The notes beneath the pieces were generated by a model, which worked only from the letters and a program-made list of their open reading frames with translations, did no database searches and had not been told where the DNA came from. The position numbers and the translations under genes were made by a program. DNA of 63,909 bases, filler included, from Candidatus Fermentibacterota bacterium (GTDB taxonomy: Bacteria; JAFGKV01), in the NCBI GenBank assembly GCA_016928395.1. It is 6 parts of 6 records of this genome, joined end to end, with 100 filler letters (N's around TTAATTAATTAA, not from the genome) between each part and the next. Parts side by side here need not be neighbours in the genome. Positions count along the whole stretch, not along the records: positions 48,160 to 60,945 come from JAFGKV010000222.1; positions 61,046 to 63,909 come from JAFGKV010000239.1; 4 more parts are not named here. One strand, 5' to 3'. Positions 58,101 to 63,909 of this stretch are shown in pieces. Positions within the stretch are counted from its first letter, which is position 1; each line of letters begins with the position of its first letter.

Positions 58101-60945
58101 TCAGGCCAGCAGCTGCGTAACGAATTCGACGATGGCGGACGAATCCATCTCCTCGGCCTCACGTAGTGCCCCCTGAAGGTCTACTGGTTCGAGCAGAGGC
58201 GACAGCCGTGTGATCTCCTCTCTGGCACACTCTCGATGATTCTCCTCGGCAGTCTCATAGCGCGCGAGAAAGGAATTAATGATCAGCGCATCGCGAAGCT
58301 GGCTCTGAATCTTCAGCAGACTGGAAGCGCTGAGGAGGATTGAGGAAAGGCGCGAGGCGACCGAGAATCGTCTATACGTCGCAAGCGCCTCACCAAAAGC
58401 AGACCGGGCCGCGTCGAGGTCTTTCAGCTCCGCATTGCACCTCGCGAGCCCTGTGAGGGCAAGCACGATCATCTCAGGTGCGGACACCTGCCTCAGGAGC
58501 AAGAGTGATCGTACATAGGCCGTCTTCGCCGACTCCCAATCCTTCATCTCACGACAGGTATCTCCCAAGGAGCAAAGCGCGGAGGCTTCACCCGACCTCT
58601 CCCCGATGCTGTGGTACAGGTCAACACTCTCGACGAGCAATTCCCGCGATCGTCCAAGCTCTTCAAGATAGACAAGGCAGTTGCCCAGAACATAGAGGCC
58701 CCGCGCAATGCCGCTGAGACTGCCTGTCTCTCGGTGTCTTCGCAGCACCTCTTCGTTGAGGCACTTTGCCTTGTGATAGTCACCCCGACTTCGAGCGACA
58801 ATCGCCAGGCGGTCGATGGTGACGCAGAGCACTCCCTCGTGACCGGTCTCTTGGATGATGGAGAATGCTCGTTCGTAGTACTCCTGCGCCTGTCTGCGAT
58901 TGCCACGGTGCAATGCGATGTCTCCCAACCCGTTAAGCGTCTGAGCGAGCGGAATGGGATCACCGGCCTTTTCCAGCATGGCACGCGCGCTCTCTCTCAA
59001 GTTCTGCGCCCTTTCGATTTCACCCAGCGTCAGGACCACTCCTGCCATCTGACTCAAGATGATCCCTTGCATCTCGGTCTCACCGCTTTCCTGCAACACG
59101 CTTAGTGCGCGATCAAACAAGCCGAGGGCCTCTCGATAATGGCCCTGAGCACCGGCGAGGTTCGCCATAATCCTAAGACAGAAAGCACTATCGCGAGCCG
59201 TACCAAGATGCTCGAAGACCGCAAGACTGTCGGCCAGGAGATTCCGGGCTTCGGTATAATACCCGAGCCTGCCTTTGTTCAATGCCAAACAAGTCTTGAT
59301 CTGAGCGAGCGTCATGCGCTCTTCAGGGGAAGGAAGGATCGGGGGATTGGGGAAACGTTCGGTCAGAACGTGCAGGCCTCTGGTGAATAGCTGCTCGCCT
59401 TCCTGAAACTGACTTCGGTGCTGGAAATACCGTGAGAGAGGCTCGATGTAGAACTTCAACCGATCCAGGTCATCGTGGTGCAGGGACCATTCGAATCCCG
59501 AATCGACATTCGCTCGCTCCCGAGCGATCTCCTCGTAAGCCGAAGCCATGCGTGGGCTCCGAAGCAACGGGCCCCGACTTTGCATGAACGAACCGTAGTA
59601 GCGAGAGTGGGCCCTTTTCGCCGCATGGTTCCCGTCGGCATCCTGGGCAAGTCTCTTCTGCACATACTGCCGGAGAAGCCCGTGCATCCTGAACCGCCCA
59701 AACACGTCACGGCCGATCAGCGACTTGTCCACCAATGACGCCAGCACCGGAAGGGTGGCTCCTGCTACCGCCTGCGCGGCATCTCGGTCAAAACCGCCAC
59801 GGAATACTGAAAACCTCAGGAGCACCAGGCGTTCCTGTTCCGACAGCATCATCCATGACCGTTGGAAGGTGGCCGCCATGCTCGTGTGCCGCGGCGCCAC
59901 ATCACGGTCGGTGGAGGTGAGAGTCTCCATACCGCCCATCACTTCCTTCAGTATCCCCCGGACCGGCAAAACGCGCACCCAGCCGGCAGCCAACTCGATG
60001 GCAAGCGGGACCCCTTCAAGCGCGCGACAGATCTGCGCAACCACCGGTTCTTCTTCCGCGGTGAGTGCATATGCGGGGCATACTCTTTGTGCACTCTCTC
60101 GGAAAAGACGAACGGAATCGAAGCTCAGGAGTGACCTGGTTTCCTCTTCCGCCGGAACCTCCAGACCACCAACATCAAACATCCTCTCGAGACGCAATCT
60201 GAGCCGCTCTCTGCACGTGCCAATGATTTTCATGAGGGTGGTTTCTCGAACCAGGTCACCGATCTGCCCCGCGCCATCAACCACACGATCGAGGTCATCA
60301 AGCACCAGCAACGCGGCCTTCCCCCGGAGATACCGCTGTACCTGGACATCCAGCCGATCCCCCGGACCGAAACTCAGCCCGAGTGCATTCGCGATCGCCA
60401 GGGGGATGAACGCGGGTGACCTCACCTCGCTTAGGGGCACCACGAACACTCCATCCGAAAACCGTTCGGTCACCCGTTGTGCGGTCTCCACCGCCAGCCG
60501 GCTCTTGCCGATTCCGCCCGGACCAACCAGAGTAATGAGGCGGACCTGAGGATCCGCCAACAGCCCGATGAGTGCCGATACCTCGCGTTCTCGCCCCACG
60601 AACGGTACCGCATTTGAATCGCCCAGCAGCGTCTCTCCAGGAGGCAATTCCATGCCGGGTGCATCAGCGAATCGGCGCTCTTCCGGCAGAGGGCCCTGAG
60701 GAACGGGAGGGATTTTGGCTGCTTCAAGATCATGTCGTACCGCTTCAAGGCTCTGAATGCGCAGTTCGGGATCGGGCTCCATCATCCGGTAGATCAGCAG
60801 CCTGATCCGTTCAGGGATGCGTGGTGGGAGAGGCATCTGGCGTGGAGGGCTGGTCCCGGGACCGGACTGGGCGTCCTCCGCCGTCGGGGCCTGCCCCGAG
60901 AGCATCTCGCACAGGAGCGCACCAAGCGACCACACCAGGGACCTG
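58101..60945 (-). CDS. Ser/Thr kinase (C-lobe) + STAND/NB-ARC-like ATPase + TPR protein, 5' truncated
   Basis: VWSLGALLCEML.G..P, FVGRERE, GPGGIGKS, LLVLDD and GVPLAIELAA motifs; TPR array. Confidence 0.88.
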
Positions 60946-61045
60946 NNNNNNNNNNNNNNNNNNNNNNNNNNNNNNNNNNNNNNNNNNNNTTAATTAATTA
61001 ANNNNNNNNNNNNNNNNNNNNNNNNNNNNNNNNNNNNNNNNNNNN
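60946..61045. other. Artificial contig spacer
   Basis: N run with TTAATTAATTAA. Confidence 0.99.
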
Positions 61046-61601
61046 CATGGTTCTCGGAGCTCTCGCCGGATACTATGGTGGCTGGTGGGACAGCCTCGTT
61101 ATGCGCATGGCCGACGTCTTCTTGTCTTTTCCATACATTCTTTTCGCGATCACTCTGGTGTCGGTGCTGGGACGGGGGACCTGGAATCTGTTCCTCGCCA
61201 TCGGGCTTCTTGGGTGGCCGGGGATCGCGCGTGTCTTCCGTAGCTCTATCCTATCGGTCAAGGAGAACGAGTACGTAGATGCGGCTCGGGCGTTGGGGGC
61301 ACCCACTCGCCGCATAGTGTTTCGGCACATCATGCCGAACGCCATGGCTCCCATCATTGTGCTGGCCGCGATGAACATCGGCGGCGCCATTCTCGCTGAG
61401 GCCGGTCTGAGTTTCCTCGGCTTCGGGGTCCAGCCCCCGGACCCGTCGTGGGGGAACATGCTGCAGGAGGCCCGGACGTACATGTTCAACGCGCCCTGGA
61501 TGATGCTGTATCCGGGGTTGGCCTGTGTGACTACGGTCCTTGGCTTCGTGCTCCTGGGGGATGGATTGCGCGATGCGCTCGACGTGAAACTAAAGGAGTA
61601 G
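61046..61601 (+). CDS. oppC: Oligopeptide/dipeptide ABC permease, 5' truncated
   Basis: EYVDAARALGA loop, AEAGLSFLG and GDGLRDALD motifs. Confidence 0.9.
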
Positions 61602-61604
61602 TCT

Positions 61605-62621
61605 TTGGCGCCGCTTCTGGAAGTCGATGATCTGCACATGCACTTTTTCACACGCGATGGTGTTGTGAAGGCAGTGGATGGTGTCAGTTTCACCCTGGAG
61701 CCGGGTGAGACCCTGGGGGTCGTCGGAGAGTCGGGCTCGGGAAAGTCGGTGACGGCGCTGTCGATCATGCGTCTTGTTCCTGAACCTCCCGGCAAGGTCG
61801 TCAGTGGTGATATCCGCTACCGGGGTCAGAGTGTTCTCACGATGAGCGAGAAGGAGCAGCGCAGCCTGCGAGGTAACCGTATCGCCATGATATTCCAGGA
61901 CCCCATGACCTCGCTCAACCCGGTCTACAGGATCGGCAAGCAGGTTGGGGAGGCGCTACGCCTGCACAAGGGGCTCTCGCGCAAGGACGCATGGAGTGCG
62001 GCGGTGGAACTCCTCAAACAGGTGGGCATCCCTCAGGCCGAAGAGCGCGCTCGCAACTACCCGCACGAGTTCTCAGGCGGCATGAGACAGCGTGCGATGA
62101 TCGCCAATGCGTTGGCCTGTGGCCCGGACATCCTAATCGCGGATGAGCCGACCACGGCGCTTGATGTGACCATCCAAGCCCAGATCCTCGAGCTGATGCA
62201 GGAGATTCAGGCTCACACAGACTCGGCGATCATCATGATCACGCATGACCTGGGCGTGGTAGCCGACATGGCCGATCGGGTGCTTGTGATGTATGCGGGA
62301 AAGGCCGTGGAATACGGCGCGGCTGATGACGTCTTCTACCGGCCGCTGCATCCATACACCTGGGGGTTGCTCGAGTGTCTCCCACGGCACGACGTGGATG
62401 AGAAAGGGAAGCTCTCCCCGATACACGGGCAGCCTCCCAGCTTGATACATCTGCCCTCCGGATGCGCGTTCCGGCCGAGGTGTGCCTACGCACAGGAGAT
62501 CTGTGCCAAGGAGACGCCCCCACTGGGGGACATCGCTTCCGGGCACATGGCGGCTTGTCATTTTTCGGGCGATGCTCAGTTCGTCAAAGAACGAGGAGTC
62601 CTTGCGATGAGGAAGCCCTAG
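61605..62621 (+). CDS. oppD: Oligopeptide ABC ATP-binding protein
   Basis: [22 protein letters not shown] and C-terminal Cys motif; TTG start. Confidence 0.92.
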   Translation: MAPLLEVDDLHMHFFTRDGVVKAVDGVSFTLEPGETLGVVGESGSGKSVTALSIMRLVPEPPGKVVSGDIRYRGQSVLTMSEKEQRSLRGNRIAMIFQDPMTSLNPVYRIGKQVGEALRLHKGLSRKDAWSAAVELLKQVGIPQAEERARNYPHEFSGGMRQRAMIANALACGPDILIADEPTTALDVTIQAQILELMQEIQAHTDSAIIMITHDLGVVADMADRVLVMYAGKAVEYGAADDVFYRPLHPYTWGLLECLPRHDVDEKGKLSPIHGQPPSLIHLPSGCAFRPRCAYAQEICAKETPPLGDIASGHMAACHFSGDAQFVKERGVLAMRKP

Positions 62622-63659
62622 ATGGCTGTCATGCTCAAAGTCGAAGACCTGACGAAACACTTCCCGGTCGGGCAGGGCTTGATCACCTCGCGATTCGGCA
62701 AAACGGTGAAGGCCGTCGATGGTGTCTCATTCGAGGTGAACGAGGGGGACACACTGGGACTAGTGGGGGAGTCCGGCTGCGGCAAATCGACCACCGGTCG
62801 CTGCATCAACAAACTGTTGGAGGCGACAGCCGGACAGATCCACTACGGCGACGTGAACGTCCGCACGCTCCGGGGCAAGCAACTGAAAGCTTACCGACGG
62901 GATGTGCAATTCATCTTCCAGGATCCCTACGCTTCCCTCAATCCACGGATGACCTTCGGGGAGATCATGGCCGAGCCCCTGGTCATACACAGTATCGGCA
63001 CACGGAAGGAACGAGAGGGGCGCTGCAAGGAGATGCTGGAAAGGGTGGGGCTCAATCCAGAGCACATCCACCGATATCCTCACGAATTCTCGGGCGGCCA
63101 GCGGCAGAGAGTCGGCATAGCGCGTGCATTGATGCTGAGACCCAAGATGATTATCTGCGATGAGCCGGTCTCGGCTCTGGATGTGTCGATCCAAGCACAG
63201 ATCATCAATCTGCTCGAGGAGTTGCAGGACGAGTTCAAGTTGACCTACCTCTTCATCGCTCACGACCTCGCCGTGATCAGACACATATGCGACAACGTCG
63301 CCGTCATGTACTTAGGCAAGATCGTGGAGAGGGGCGGATGGAGAGATGTGTACAACTCGCCGCACCATCCGTATACCCAATCGCTTCTGTCGGCGGCTCC
63401 CGTGCCCGACCCGGAGAGACAACGCGAGCGCAGTCGCATCATTCTGACCGGCGATGTCCCGAGTCCCATCGACCCCCCGACCGGTTGCCACTTCCACACG
63501 CGTTGCCCCATCGCTCAGTTCCCCATCTGTAGCGAACAAGAGCCGGAGCTCAAAGAAGTGGGTACGGGGCACTGGGCGGCCTGCCACTTCGCGAAGGCGT
63601 TCCCCATCCCCGAGGGGGCCGCTCTGCTGAAGCAGTTCGACGAGGGCGACGAGTCCTAG
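62622..63659 (+). CDS. oppF: Oligopeptide ABC ATP-binding protein
   Basis: [26 protein letters not shown] and GCHFHTRC motifs. Confidence 0.92.
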   Translation: MAVMLKVEDLTKHFPVGQGLITSRFGKTVKAVDGVSFEVNEGDTLGLVGESGCGKSTTGRCINKLLEATAGQIHYGDVNVRTLRGKQLKAYRRDVQFIFQDPYASLNPRMTFGEIMAEPLVIHSIGTRKEREGRCKEMLERVGLNPEHIHRYPHEFSGGQRQRVGIARALMLRPKMIICDEPVSALDVSIQAQIINLLEELQDEFKLTYLFIAHDLAVIRHICDNVAVMYLGKIVERGGWRDVYNSPHHPYTQSLLSAAPVPDPERQRERSRIILTGDVPSPIDPPTGCHFHTRCPIAQFPICSEQEPELKEVGTGHWAACHFAKAFPIPEGAALLKQFDEGDES

Positions 63660-63675
63660 AAGCGGTATACTCGAG

Positions 63676-63909
63676 AGGCAGCCCGGGTAGCCGCGGAGGC
63701 GCGCTTCGGTGGGCCTTCGAGGAAAGTCCGGACACCGTAGAGCAGGGTGCTGGATAACGTCCAGCGGGGGAAACCCCAGGGAAAGCGCCACAGAAAGGAC
63801 ACAGCACACCGGCAGGTCCGGTTGCGAAGGTGAAATGGTGCGGTAAGAGCGCACCGGCGTCGTGGTGACACGGCGGCCAGGCAAGCCCCACCCGGTGCAA
63901 GGCCGAATA
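63676..63909 (+). ncRNA. rnpB: RNase P RNA, bacterial type A (3' end outside the window)
   Basis: GAGGAAAGTCCGGACAC, GGAAAGCGCCACAGAAA, GGTGAAATGGTGCGGTAAGAGCGCACC and GGCAAGCCCCACCCGGTGCAAGGC; TATACT -10 at 63666-63671. Confidence 0.96.

Noticed and set aside
13650-61045. Recurring TTAATTAATTAA within N runs, and ORFs ending in X...LIN
   Set aside because: Artificial contig linkers; gene adjacency across them has no biological meaning.
1837-63900. Many long antisense or alternate-frame ORFs (e.g. 1837-2685, 26784-28106, 63312-63884)
   Set aside because: Shadow ORFs expected in high-GC DNA; they overlap well-supported genes or rnpB and have no motifs.

Overview
The window is not one locus. 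It is six contigs of a GC-rich draft or metagenome assembly, joined by 100-nt N/TTAATTAATTAA spacers (13650-13749, 21480-21579, 32560-32659, 48060-48159, 60946-61045). TonB, BamA and TolC proteins plus GmhA indicate a diderm. KorAB suggests an anaerobe, and a FlgD/T9SS-type C-terminal tail suggests an FCB-like candidate lineage (both inferences). Most genes are ordinary: transporters, korAB, gmhA, SPOUT methyltransferases, rsgA, tRNA-Met, an acyl-CoA ligase/GNAT acetylase, an opp-type ABC system and RNase P RNA. Several secreted enzymes and gene remnants are also present. I found no CRISPR array, reverse transcriptase, integrase or transposase. Five signals stand out. (1) A tandem pair of [secreted beta-propeller-like gene + N-terminal M23 peptidase gene] cassettes shares a 38-bp leader and a conserved junction motif, and one copy is cut off at that junction, like a mirror-image polymorphic-effector/orphan module. 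(2) A family of mosaic intergenic repeat islands is built around a ~67-bp hairpin core with 9-bp terminal inverted repeats and compensatory base changes. (3) IS21-like inverted ends bracket a 9.3-kb transposase-free cargo. (4) A PadR operator recurs (20/21 nt) on another contig upstream of an Ntn amidase. (5) A YfiH/PgeF gene reads in frame into a Trm112 gene. All annotations come from reading the sequence by eye; no searches were run.
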